This document shows positions 32,565-45,175 of a DNA stretch of 64,000 nucleotides, one piece after another. Under the pieces are notes generated by a model that worked only from the letters and a program-made list of their open reading frames with translations, made no database searches and had not been told where the DNA came from. The position numbers and the translations under genes were made by a program. The stretch comes from Gemmatimonadota bacterium (lineage in GTDB: Bacteria; Gemmatimonadota; Gemmatimonadetes; Gemmatimonadales; GWC2-71-9): the NCBI GenBank assembly GCA_041477065.1, contig JBGOUQ010000002.1, forward strand, positions 82,033-146,032, written 5' to 3'. Each line of letters starts with the position of its first letter. Position 1 is the first letter of the stretch.

Positions 32565-34451
32565 ATGACCACCCACCCCGGTCCTGAATTCCTCGCCCTC
32601 GAAGTGGCCCTGAAGGGCCGCTACGTGCTGGAGCGCGAGCTGGGCCGCGGCGGCATGGGGGTGGTGTTCCTGGCGCGCGAGGTGGCGCTCGAGCGGCCCG
32701 TGGCCATCAAGCTGCTCCCGCCCAGCCTCGCCGCACTCCCGGAGCTGCGAGCCCGGTTCCTCCAGGAAGCGCGCACGGCAGCCCGGCTCGCCCACCCGCA
32801 CATCGTCCCGATCTACTCGGTGGAGGAGAGCGGCGACCTGGTCTTTTTCGTGATGGGCTACGTCCCCGGCCGGACGCTCGCCGAGCAGGTGCGCGCCGAG
32901 GGGCCGCTCGCCCCGGCGGCCGTCGCCCGGCTGGTGCAGGAGGTCGCCTGGGCGCTCAACCAGGCGCACGAGGCGGGCGTGGTGCACCGCGACATCAAGC
33001 CCGAGAACATCCTGATCGAGCGCGGCACGGGGCGCGCGCTGGTCGCGGACTTCGGCATCGCCCGGCTCGCCGACGCGACCCCCCCCCCCGCCAGCGGAGG
33101 CGGCCGCCTGCTCGGCACGGCGCGCGTCGTGAGCCCCGAGCAGGCGGCGGGCGAGCCGGTCGACGGCCGCAGCGACCTCTATTCACTCGGCGCGACGGCC
33201 TTCTACGCCCTCACCGGGCGATTCCCGTTCGAGGACGCCGATGCCCGACGGCTGCTCGCGCAGCACCTCACCCTCCCCGCCCCCCCGGTCGCAGCGCTGC
33301 GCCGCGGCGTGCCGCCGGCACTCGCCTCAGCGATCGACCGTTGCCTGGCCAAGTCGCCCGACGCGCGGTTTCCGTCCGCACGCGCCCTCGCCGAAGCCAT
33401 CGCGGCGACCCACGAGGGCTCTCGGATCCCGGAAACCCTGCGCCGCCTCGCGCGGGAGATCTCGGCGTTCGGCGTGGACTTGACGGGTTACGCCACGCTC
33501 GTCTCGATCGCCGTCTTGTCGCTCGTCCTCACACCGCACGGCGACTTCTTCGGGTTCGGCTACGTGTACACGATGGCTATCGCGCTCGGCTTGATCGCCC
33601 TCACCGCCCTGCGGGGCGTTTCGGTCGGGCGGCTGGTGCGCGAGGCGGCGATGGAAGGTTGGACCGAGACCGACCTCGTCCTTGCGGTCACGCGCGAAGC
33701 GCGGCTCGCGGAAACCGATGGACGCGCCGCAGGACTCAAGCTGAGCAAGGCCCTGCCGCTGTATCTCGTGGGGTATGTTGCCCTGCTGCTCTACTGGCTC
33801 GGTCCCAAGACCGCGGCGCTGGCTTCGCTGGAAGGACCGATCGCCTGGGTGATCGAGCTGGCCGGATTCATCTTCCCGATGATGCTGGGGCGCTGGTTCG
33901 GCGCACGTCTCGAGGCTCCACGCGACGGCCGCCCCGGTCTGTTCAGCCGGTTCGTGACGCGGTTCAAAGCCCGCTTTCTCTTCTGGGCCGTGCGGCTCGG
34001 CCGCCGCGGCCCCGCTCGTCCCACTGCCGCGGCCGCGGGCGATCAACCGACAGAAGTGCTGCTCGCCGACGCGGCCCGCGAAATTCTGCGCGCTCTGCCG
34101 GACCCCGATCGGAAACAGCTCTTCGGCGTGGAGGACCTGCTCGTCCGGCTCGAGGGCGACGCGACGGCCTTGCGCGGCCGGCTCGACCAGCTCGACGCGA
34201 CCGCGGCGCAGGTCGGCGATCCGGGTTCCCCCGCCCGTGTCGACGTGCTGCGCGACCTCACCGCCGCCCGCAGCGAGACCGCGGCGCGACTCGGCACCGC
34301 GGTGAGCGCCCTGGAAAACGTGCGCCTGGAGCTGCTGCGGCTGCAGGCGGGGATGGTCACCGACGGTCTCACGGAGAGCCTCGAGGCATTGCGCAGAATG
34401 CAAGACCGGATGGACGCTGCCGGCGAATCGGATGCAATCGTCTCGGGCTAA
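32565..34451 (+). CDS. Hanks-type Ser/Thr protein kinase with a multi-TM and coiled-coil C-terminal region
   Basis: ORF 32556..34451 (TTG 32556 or ATG 32565). GRGGMGVVFLA, AIK, HRDIKPENIL, ADFGIARL, SPEQ. Downstream hydrophobic helices, then a helical tail. Confidence 0.85.
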   Translation: MTTHPGPEFLALEVALKGRYVLERELGRGGMGVVFLAREVALERPVAIKLLPPSLAALPELRARFLQEARTAARLAHPHIVPIYSVEESGDLVFFVMGYVPGRTLAEQVRAEGPLAPAAVARLVQEVAWALNQAHEAGVVHRDIKPENILIERGTGRALVADFGIARLADATPPPASGGGRLLGTARVVSPEQAAGEPVDGRSDLYSLGATAFYALTGRFPFEDADARRLLAQHLTLPAPPVAALRRGVPPALASAIDRCLAKSPDARFPSARALAEAIAATHEGSRIPETLRRLAREISAFGVDLTGYATLVSIAVLSLVLTPHGDFFGFGYVYTMAIALGLIALTALRGVSVGRLVREAAMEGWTETDLVLAVTREARLAETDGRAAGLKLSKALPLYLVGYVALLLYWLGPKTAALASLEGPIAWVIELAGFIFPMMLGRWFGARLEAPRDGRPGLFSRFVTRFKARFLFWAVRLGRRGPARPTAAAAGDQPTEVLLADAAREILRALPDPDRKQLFGVEDLLVRLEGDATALRGRLDQLDATAAQVGDPGSPARVDVLRDLTAARSETAARLGTAVSALENVRLELLRLQAGMVTDGLTESLEALRRMQDRMDAAGESDAIVSG

Positions 34452-37400
34452 GGTCGCCGCCCGGGGCGGGGGTCGGCCTTGCTCCCGCCACTTCGATCAT
34501 TGTCGTGACCTTCCCGGGAACGGCGTTTGTCGCGGTGATGCTCGTCGTCCCTATCATCGTCGTCGCTATCCTGCCGCACGCGGAGCGTAGCGCTCCCCGA
34601 TTTCCCGCCGGCAGCCGCACTGATCACTGTTGTGCCAGTCCCGACCGCCGTCGCCAGGCCGCTCGAATCCACCACTGCTACGGATTCGTTCGAACTCGCC
34701 CAGACGAATGCAATCCCCCGTAGCGGGGTCCCGGCCGCGTCAAACGCCTCGGCCGTGAATTGCTGCGTGGCGTTGCCCGCTGTGCCTGATAGAAAGCCTG
34801 GCCCGGGAGCAGACGGGGATCCGCCGACAGCCGAGGTTCGCTTCCCGAAAACGGTCAGCGTGGCCGTGGCCGGCGTCACCACGATCGACCCGATCGATTC
34901 GACTGGACTCACCCGCAGTGTCGCGACCCCGGAGTCGCTCCCCGCTTTCGCCACAATGGTGACCGCACCGCCCTGCAGGGCCGTCGCGAGCCCTGTCCCC
35001 GCATCGACCGTCGCGACGGTCGGATCGGAGCTGGACCAGACAAAGGTGAGGCCGGCGAGCGGCTGCCCCGCGCCGTCGAACGCCTGGGAGGTGTACTGCT
35101 GCGTCGCCCCAAGGGCCATTAGCGTCGCGGCCGCGGGGGTCACAACGATCGTCGCGATCGACTGCACGGGAGTCACGGTGAGTGTCGCCGACCCGGCATG
35201 GGGTCCGGCAGTCGCCGTAATCGTCGCCGCCCCACCCCGCATCGCGGTCGCGAGCCCCGTCACCGGGTCGATCCTGGCGACGGCCGGATCGGAGCTGGAC
35301 CAGACAAAGGTGAGGCCGGCGAGCGGCCGGCCCGCCCCGTCGAACCCCTGCGCCGTGTAGTGCTGCGTCGCGCCGAACGCCGTCAGGGTTGCCGCGGGCG
35401 GGCTGACCACGATCGTCGTGACCGATTGCACCGGACTCACGGTGAGTGTCGCCGATCCACTGTGGCTGCCCGCCGTCGCCGTGATCGTCGCCGCCCCGCC
35501 CTGTACCGCGGTCGCGAGCCCCGTCACCGCGTCGATGGTGGCGATGGTTGGGTCGGAGCTGGACCAAGTGAAGGTGAGGCTGGCGAGTGGCTGCCCCGCG
35601 CCGTCCAACGCTTGGGCGGTGTACTGCTGCGTCGCCCCAAGGGCCGTCAGGATCGCGGCCGTCGGGCTCACCACGATCGTCGCGATCGATTGCACCGGAT
35701 TCACGGTAAGCGTCGCCGACCCCGTGATCGCTCCGGCGCCGGCGGTGATCATCGCCGCCCCGCCTTGCACCGCCGTCGCGAGCCCTGTCCCCGCGTCGAC
35801 CGTCGCAATGGCCGGATCGGAGCTGGACCAGGCGAACGTGATGCCGGCGAGTGGGTGGCCGGCGCCGTCGAACGCCTGCGCCGTGTAGTGCTGCGTCGCG
35901 CCAAGGGCCGTCAGCCTCGCGGCCGCCGGACTCACCACGATCGTCGCGACCGATTGCACCGGACTCACGGTGAGTGTCGCCGTTCCGCTGTGGCTGCCCG
36001 CCGTCGCCGTGATCGTCGCCGCCCCACCCTGTACCGCCGTCGCGAGCCCCGTCACCGGGTCGATCGTGGCGACGGCCGGATCGGAGCTGGACCAGACAAA
36101 GGTGAGGCCGCCGAGCGGCTGACCCGCCCCGTCGAACCCCTGCGCCGTGTAGTGCTGCGTCGCCCCGAGCGCCGTCAGGGTTGCCGCGGGCGGGCTCACC
36201 ACGATCGTCGCGACCGATTGCACCGGACTCACGGTGAGTGTCGCCGATCCACTGTGGCTGCCGGCCGTCGCCGTGATCGTCGCCGCCCCACCCTGCACCG
36301 CGGTCGCGAGCCCGGTCACCGGGTCGATCGTGGCGACGGCCGGATCCGAGCTGAACCAGACAAAGGTGAGGCCGGCGAGCGGCTGACCCGCCCCGTCGAA
36401 CCCCTGCGCCACGAACTGCTGCGTCGCCCCAAGGGCCGTCAGCGTCGCGGCCGCCGGACTCACCACGATCGTCGCGATCGATTGCACCGGACTCACGGTG
36501 AGTGTCGCCGATCCACTGTGGCTGCCCGCCGTCGCCGTGATCGTCGCCGCCCCGCCCTGCACCGCCGTCGCGAGCCCGGTGGCGGGGTCGATGGTGGCGA
36601 TCGCGGCATTCGAGCTGGTCCACGTGAACATCACGCCGGGGACCGGGTGGCCGTTAGCATCGCGGGCCTCGGCCGTGAAGAGCTGTGTCGCACCGAGGGC
36701 CAGCAGCGCGGCCGCGGGCGGCGTCACCTCCACTGAGGCGATCGCTTGGCTCACGGTCAGCGTGGCGGTGCCGGACTGTGTCCCGGCCGTGGCGGTGACG
36801 GTCGTCTCGCCGTTCGCCACGGCGGTCGCGAGTCCGCTCGCGGCGTCGATCGAGGCCACGGCGGGGGCGGAGCTGGCCCAGGAGAAGGTGATCTCGGCGA
36901 GCGGGTGACCACTCGCGTCCAGCGCCTGCGCCGCGAACTGCTGCGTGGCGCCGACCGCGGTCAGGGTCGGCGTCCCCGGCGTGACGATGATCGCCGCGAT
37001 GGACTGGACGGGGTTCACCGTGATGGTAGCGGCGCCCGCGTGCCCGCCCGCCGCAGCGGTGACGGTCGCGACTCCGCCTTGAACGGCGGTTGCCAGACCG
37101 GTCGCGGGATCGACGGTGGCGACGCCGCCGTTCGAGCTGGACCACGCGAAGGTGACGCCGGCAAGCGGCCGGCCCGCCGCGTCCAGCGCCTGCGCCACGA
37201 ACTGCTGCGTCGCGCCGACGGCCGTCAGCGTCGCGGTGGCGGGAGTGACGACGATCGAGGCAATCGAAGCCACCGGATTCACCGTCAGGCTCGCCCAACC
37301 GGAGTCCGGGCCTGCGTGCGCGACGATGTTGGTGGTGCCGCCCTGGACCGCGGTGGCGAGGCCGGTTGCGGGGTCGGCCGTGGCGACCGCCGGATCCGTA

Positions 37401-38224
37401 CTGGACCAGGTGAACGTGACCCCCGGGATCGGATGCCCCGTCGCGTCCCGCGCACCGGCCGCGAACTGTTGCCTGGCGCCGATCGAGTCGAGGGTGATCG
37501 TCGCGGGCGTGACCGCGACGGCCACGACGGCCTGAGCGACGGTGAGCGTGGCCGCTCCCGCCACGCCGCCGCTCGTCGCCGCGATCGTCGCCGTGCCGCC
37601 CCCCACCGCAGTCGCGAGCCCCGTGGCGGGATCGACGGTTGCGACGGCGGGCGCCGAGCTCAACCAGGTGAAGACGGCCCCGGGGATAGGCGCGCCGTCC
37701 TGATCCAGAGCCTGACCCGTGAACTGCTGCGTCGCGTCCAACGCCGTGAGGGTGGCGGCGCCGGGCGAGACGACCACAGCGGTCACGATAGGCGGTCCGA
37801 CGTACAGCATCGGCACGGCGCCGACCGGCGCCGTCGCGATCACCCCGTTGCGCACCGCGACGACCGCGCTGCCGTCGTAAAGCGTGGTGTGGCGGCCGCG
37901 CAGCCGCAGGCGGACGGTGAGCGATTCCTCTTCGGCAACGAGGTCGATCACCCAGCCGAGGGATGCCGAATCGCCGGCATACACCACAGTCGTATCGACC
38001 ACGGAGGCGCCGCCCGTCCGCCGAATTGCGAGGACCGCCGCGCTCTCCGGCGTGACCCGGAGAGCGGCCGGATCGCGGCCCGCGTCGAACCGCGGCCGGA
38101 CCCGCCACTCTCCCAGGCGCCCGGGACCCGCCGTGCCGTCCACGCACGCCGCCAGCGCCAGCGCCGCCGCCAGTCGCCCCCACCGTGCGGCACGGGACGC
38201 GCGGGCTAGAGCTGGTGCGTCCAT
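34448..38224 (-). CDS. lipoprotein with 12 tandem Big_2 (bacterial Ig-like group 2) domains and an acidic/basic C-terminal tail
   Basis: Met 38224 inside ORF 34448..38884 (MDAPALARASRAARWGRLAAALALAAC lipobox). There are 12 units of the pattern V.V.P....L...GATQQ..A.A.D..G.P..G..F.W.SS.P.VATID..TGLATAVQGG.ATITA..G...G.ATLTV. The tail is RQDSDDDDRDDEHHRDKRRSREGHDNDR. Confidence 0.85.
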   Translation of the reverse strand: MDAPALARASRAARWGRLAAALALAACVDGTAGPGRLGEWRVRPRFDAGRDPAALRVTPESAAVLAIRRTGGASVVDTTVVYAGDSASLGWVIDLVAEEESLTVRLRLRGRHTTLYDGSAVVAVRNGVIATAPVGAVPMLYVGPPIVTAVVVSPGAATLTALDATQQFTGQALDQDGAPIPGAVFTWLSSAPAVATVDPATGLATAVGGGTATIAATSGGVAGAATLTVAQAVVAVAVTPATITLDSIGARQQFAAGARDATGHPIPGVTFTWSSTDPAVATADPATGLATAVQGGTTNIVAHAGPDSGWASLTVNPVASIASIVVTPATATLTAVGATQQFVAQALDAAGRPLAGVTFAWSSSNGGVATVDPATGLATAVQGGVATVTAAAGGHAGAATITVNPVQSIAAIIVTPGTPTLTAVGATQQFAAQALDASGHPLAEITFSWASSAPAVASIDAASGLATAVANGETTVTATAGTQSGTATLTVSQAIASVEVTPPAAALLALGATQLFTAEARDANGHPVPGVMFTWTSSNAAIATIDPATGLATAVQGGAATITATAGSHSGSATLTVSPVQSIATIVVSPAAATLTALGATQQFVAQGFDGAGQPLAGLTFVWFSSDPAVATIDPVTGLATAVQGGAATITATAGSHSGSATLTVSPVQSVATIVVSPPAATLTALGATQHYTAQGFDGAGQPLGGLTFVWSSSDPAVATIDPVTGLATAVQGGAATITATAGSHSGTATLTVSPVQSVATIVVSPAAARLTALGATQHYTAQAFDGAGHPLAGITFAWSSSDPAIATVDAGTGLATAVQGGAAMITAGAGAITGSATLTVNPVQSIATIVVSPTAAILTALGATQQYTAQALDGAGQPLASLTFTWSSSDPTIATIDAVTGLATAVQGGAATITATAGSHSGSATLTVSPVQSVTTIVVSPPAATLTAFGATQHYTAQGFDGAGRPLAGLTFVWSSSDPAVARIDPVTGLATAMRGGAATITATAGPHAGSATLTVTPVQSIATIVVTPAAATLMALGATQQYTSQAFDGAGQPLAGLTFVWSSSDPTVATVDAGTGLATALQGGAVTIVAKAGSDSGVATLRVSPVESIGSIVVTPATATLTVFGKRTSAVGGSPSAPGPGFLSGTAGNATQQFTAEAFDAAGTPLRGIAFVWASSNESVAVVDSSGLATAVGTGTTVISAAAGGKSGSATLRVRQDSDDDDRDDEHHRDKRRSREGHDNDRSGGSKADPRPGRRP
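34575..37790. repeat. tandem coding repeats of about 261 bp (Big_2 units); the central copies are near-identical at the DNA level
   Basis: The string CGGACTCACGGTGAGTGTCGCCGATCCACTGTGGCTGCC recurs near 35436, 35958 (variant), 36219 and 36480, a spacing of about 261 bp. Flanking copies are more diverged. Confidence 0.8.
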
Positions 38225-39974
38225 CGCAGGATCATGAGCTGCTCGTTGTAGCCGTTCAGCGGCGTGGCCGTGTCGCTGAATCGGTTCAGCTGCAGCGACA
38301 GCGAGAGCGCGTCCTGGGCGGTGAGGGCATAGCGGGCGCTGGCGCTGCCCGTCCACGCATGCGTCCGGCTGTAGCGGGTGCGCGACAGGGAGGCGGTGGA
38401 AGACAGACGTCCTCCCATGGCGCGCCAGGCCGCACTGATCCCGTAGGTCGCGCGGGTCGCCGGCTCCGACGATCCGGCCCACGACCGCGCGAACCCCAGC
38501 GAGGGCGTCAGCGTGAGGGCTGCGCTCATGCGCAGGCCGGCGCTGAGATCGGCGGTGTGGGCGACGAAGGCGCTGCTGGCCCGCAGGGGGTTGGCGTCGC
38601 CCGCGCGTTGGTAGTTGTAGTTGAGCGAGAGCGTCTCCCACCTCCGCCGCGGGCCGAAAGAAATCGATTGGCTGGCGCCGAACGACCAGGTGGAGTAGGC
38701 GATGCGGCTCAGGTTGTCCTGCAGGCCGTTGCCCATGGTCAGGTAGCTGCCGCGCGCGCTGACCGTCCACGCTCGGCCAGCCTGGAAGGTGAACGTGCCG
38801 TCGACGCGGCGCCGCACGGTCGTCGCGAGCTTCTGTCCGATCAGATTGTCGTTCTGGCGCAGCCCGTGCGCCTGCAGCGACCACCGGGCGAACCGGATCG
38901 TCGTCTTGAGATCGATCGCCTGCTGATCGTTGGGTAGGGAGGCGGCGCCGAGCGTCGCGTAGCCGGGTCCGACGTAGCGGAGGCCGAGGGTGGCGGTCAG
39001 CGTACGCGGCGAGGTGGGCGACGCCCCCGGCAGCCGCGGCAGCCGCAGCTGCAGCTCGGTCGAATACGCGTAGTCCGCATGGGTGCCGACCCGCGGTGTG
39101 ACGAGCCCCCGCAAGAAACCCGGATAACCGCCGAGCGTCCCGGTCGCGAGCGGCGAAGCCCGCCGGTCCGGGGACAGCACGCTTCCCGCGACTTCACCGC
39201 GCCAAGAGAGCCGACGATCGAACAGCGCCAGCCCGCCTGCACCGGACACGACGAGGTTATCCTGGGGCGTCACGGCGAAGGGGTTGGCGGCAAGGGCCGC
39301 CGGGGAATTGGGCGGCAACGCGGTGTCCACGGGGACCGGCAAGGAGCTCACGTTGTCCCAGGCCCGGACGACCACGACGTCGAAGTAGGTTCCGGGCCGC
39401 CCGCTGGTGCGCCGACCAATGCCGACGCGCCCACCGACGGTGCCGCGGGTGAAGCTTCCCGTAGGGGCGCCCCCGTCCACGGCGCTGCGCGCCTGGCCCC
39501 CGAACGCCGCAAGCCGCAGCAATCCGGGATTGACCTCGAATCCCAGGCCCGTGACGCGCACGCCGTTCCAGGTGTACGGCGTATAGCTGCCGCTGAAGGT
39601 GCCGATGTCGGCGCGTCCCCAACCCCATTCCGGGTGCAGGCCGAACTGGCTCACGCGTTGGCGACCGGGCAGGCCCCCGAAGCCCGCGGTGGACACGAGA
39701 CCGTCTTCGGATGAAAGCAGCAGGTTGACCCCGACCGTGACGTGTCCGAACAGCGTCGCCGTCGAATTGAGGAAGAAGCGGCCGGTTTCGCCGGGCCGGC
39801 GGGCGATCGCCGCGGACGTGTGATACAGCTCGCCGTACGTGCCCATCTCTCCGCGCCATAGCAGCGCCGGGCCCGTGAGGCGCGGCAGCTGCGGCAACTG
39901 GGCCCCGAGCGCCGTCGTTCCACCCCACCCGAGCAGGGCGGCGACTCCCAGCGACCGGCCTGCCGCGCGGGCGC

Positions 39975-39978
<4 letters not shown>
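38206..39978 (-). CDS. exported hypothetical protein, probable outer-membrane beta-barrel
   Basis: 590 aa. Signal peptide MSARAAGRSLGVAALLGWGGTTALGAQ. Rich in Gly/Ser/Thr/Tyr/Arg with alternating hydrophobic pattern throughout. ATGA overlap with the upstream gene, and a 19-nt overlap with the downstream Big_2 gene. The barrel call is inference only. Confidence 0.6.
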
Positions 39979-42376
<2,398 letters not shown>

Positions 42377-42380
<4 letters not shown>

Positions 42381-45028
42381 GGACGCAGCGCCGGGACCAA
42401 GCCCGCCAACAGCTCGAACAGCTTGTCCACCCCCGCGTCCTGGGACAGGCGTGCGGTGATCTTCCACTGCAGCCGCGTGCGTTGTGTGACCGTGGAATCC
42501 TCGACCACGCGCGCGCGATTACCCGTCGTGTCTACGGTGAAGGTGCTGGTGGAGACCCGCCGCTGGCGCGTCCCGAACGAGACCTTCAGGGTGCCCAGGT
42601 GGTCGAGGTCCCCCACGGCTCCGAGGTTGGCGAGCCCCCAGTCGCTCGATAAGGCGACTGTGACGTTCTTGAGCGGGTTCGCGAGGGCCGTGGCCGACGG
42701 GTCGGAGCGTTCCAGCCGCAGCTCCGGATCGAACAGACGGAAGTGCTCACCGAACTGCAGCGTCCCCTTAAACCCCCAAGCGAGGGAGAACTGCAGCCGG
42801 GACCAGGCGCTGGTGGTGTCCTTGGCGATCACGGTATCCGTCACCACGCCTTGTGTCGGAAGCGGGCGCGTCGTCGTGTCCGACGCGTCGGTCACCGCGT
42901 TGGAACGCGCGCGCGTGAACACGGTATCCGAGGTGAACGTGGTGTCGTCCGCCCTGCCGGTGAGCTCCGCCTTGAACTCCCCGAAGAACGCGAGCGTGGA
43001 GTCCGCCGGCACGCCCAGCACCTTCTTCCACGAATCGAAGCCGCGCAACACGTCCCGGGCCACGAATCGCGTGCGGCGCCGCGTCGGAGCCTCTCCCGCC
43101 AGGCTCAAGCGGTTGGTGGTGCTCGTGTCGCCGCTCACGAGCTCGAACTGCAGCACGCGGGACGTGACCAGGCTGGACAGGAACGATGGTGGCGTGGTCG
43201 GGATCTCGGCCCAGAGACCCCACCTGTCCCCCCGTTCGAGACCGGCCGCGCCGAACCCCGCGTCGCCGGACAGCGAAACGCCGCGGAACGTGCTGCCATG
43301 TCCGTGATTGCCGGCGAACCCCCGGAGCGTGATCTTCGGGTCCGAGACGCAGGCGACCGTCACCGGCCCGGCACACAACACCTTGAAGAGCGCACTCAAC
43401 AGGTGGGACTGCCCGACGTCGAGCACGCCGTAGAAGTTCACGCCCAGCATCGTCAGCGCGGTCTTCGCCGAGCGGTCGTGGATCGCGGAGGCGACGTTCT
43501 TGAGGAGGTCGTCCTGGCCCTGTCCCCACAGCGGCACCTGGTAAGTGTCGTAAAACTCCGCGACGTTGTCCGGCAGGTCGGCGGACTGGATCGTGAAATC
43601 CCCCACGAGGTTCAGCACGAACACGGCGTACCGGAGATTGAGGCCGAAATGCGACAGCAACCCCGGGATCATCGGCTTGATCCCCAGCGTCACGTGCGGG
43701 AGACCGCCCGCCTTGTACTGGATCGCCAGCAGCAGCGACAGCGACTGCTGGACTTCCGGCGTCATCCATCCCGGTAGGCCGAGGCAATCGAGGATCGGGG
43801 TCGACCCTGGGGGATACGCGAACCCCAGCGTGATCGCCCCGTGCTGCTTGTCGAACCCGAACAGGCCGTGCAGCGCGCCCAGCTGGCTGCAGTCGAAGAC
43901 CAGCGGCCGCGCCGCCGGGGCCGGGCCACCGCCCCGCGGCTTCCGGGGATCCGGATCGCTCGCCTGCCCAATCAAGGTTTGACGGAGCTGCGGGGGCAAC
44001 GGCAGCGGGATCTCCACGACGCCGCGCCGGACCTCCGCGTCCAAGAACGTGACCATCTGGTCGAATGAAGCCGTATCGAGAGTCGCCCACAGGGGCGGGA
44101 GCGCTCCAGCGGGGTCGAAGAAGGTGATCCGGACCTCGAACTCCCCCACGGGAACGTCCCCGGTATTCGCTCCCGGCGAGAACTGGAACGTCTGCACCTC
44201 GCTCATGCCGCCGTTCGCGGCGGGCGGATAACCGTGCTGGTCCAGTGCCTGCACACGCCACGCGTAGGTCTTTCCGGCTTCGAGCGGCCGCGCGCTGATC
44301 GGATACTCCAGGTTGGGTGCGCGGACGTCGACGTTTTCGTAGAGCGGGATGTTCGCCGTCAGCGCTTCGTCGGGCGTCTGGGTCGCTAGCACCTCGGCGA
44401 TCCGCAGCACGTACTGCAACCCGTACCCGACCGGTACCTGCAGGGGTGTCCACTGGAAGATCGGATTGGCCGCGGTGAGCTGCGCGCCGTCCTGCGGCGC
44501 GACGAGCAGCGGGGGATCAGGATAGACGATCGAGAACTCGGCGCACGTTTCCGCCAGCACGAAGCCGCCGCCGTCCGTGGCCACCACGCACGCGCGATAG
44601 TCGCCCTCGGGGAGGCGGCCGGTGCGGGTCATCTGGTCCTCCAGCGCGGCATCGTGCTCGGAGTGGCCCGCGATATCGATGAAGGAGTTGAAGACCGTCG
44701 GCGGCCCCGCAGGGATGACCTGCGGATCGCTGCGCCCCGAGGCCAGCACTTGCCCGGCCTGGTTGGAGATGTGGTAGACGAGGATGACCGATTGGTCCAG
44801 CGCGGTCGGATTGGTAAGCGTCAGGGAGCTGATGCTCGGGTTGGCCTCCCAGTCGTTGAGGTAGGCGGAAGGAAACGGTGTGATCGCGAGGTTCGCCGTC
44901 CACGTTCCCTGAGCCCGCGCCGCAGGGGGGGGGGCCAGACACAACGCGGCGACGAGCCCAACCAACACGGCCCCATTGCACCGGATGGCGACTGGAACTG
45001 CGTCTCTCACATCCGGACCTCGAAGCAC
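42377..45028 (-). CDS. exported hypothetical protein (about 880 aa) with Ig/FN3-like N-terminal modules; start uncertain
   Basis: ORF 42377..45028, with GTG at 45028 and an alternative GTG at 45010. Signal-like AVLVGLVAALCLAPPPAARAQG. The module PQDGAQLTAANPIFQWTPL...GKTYAWRVQALD looks like a beta-sandwich. The C-terminal half shares a module with the next gene. Confidence 0.7.
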
Positions 45029-45175
45029 ACCGTGTGCCCAATTGCACCGGTGCGCCTCCCCGCCGAGTCGGTGGGGCTGGAGATGGGTCGAACGACCGTA
45101 ACCCTTTGGGGGAGTGTGCAGCTAGCTGTTCATTCCGTCCAATACGCCAGAGTGATAGATTGATGCTGGACAGGC

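Noticed and set aside
34575-37790. A regularly spaced repeat array that might have been a CRISPR or satellite locus.
   Set aside because: The period is about 261 bp with no spacer-like unique segments. The whole array is one open reading frame encoding Big_2 domains.
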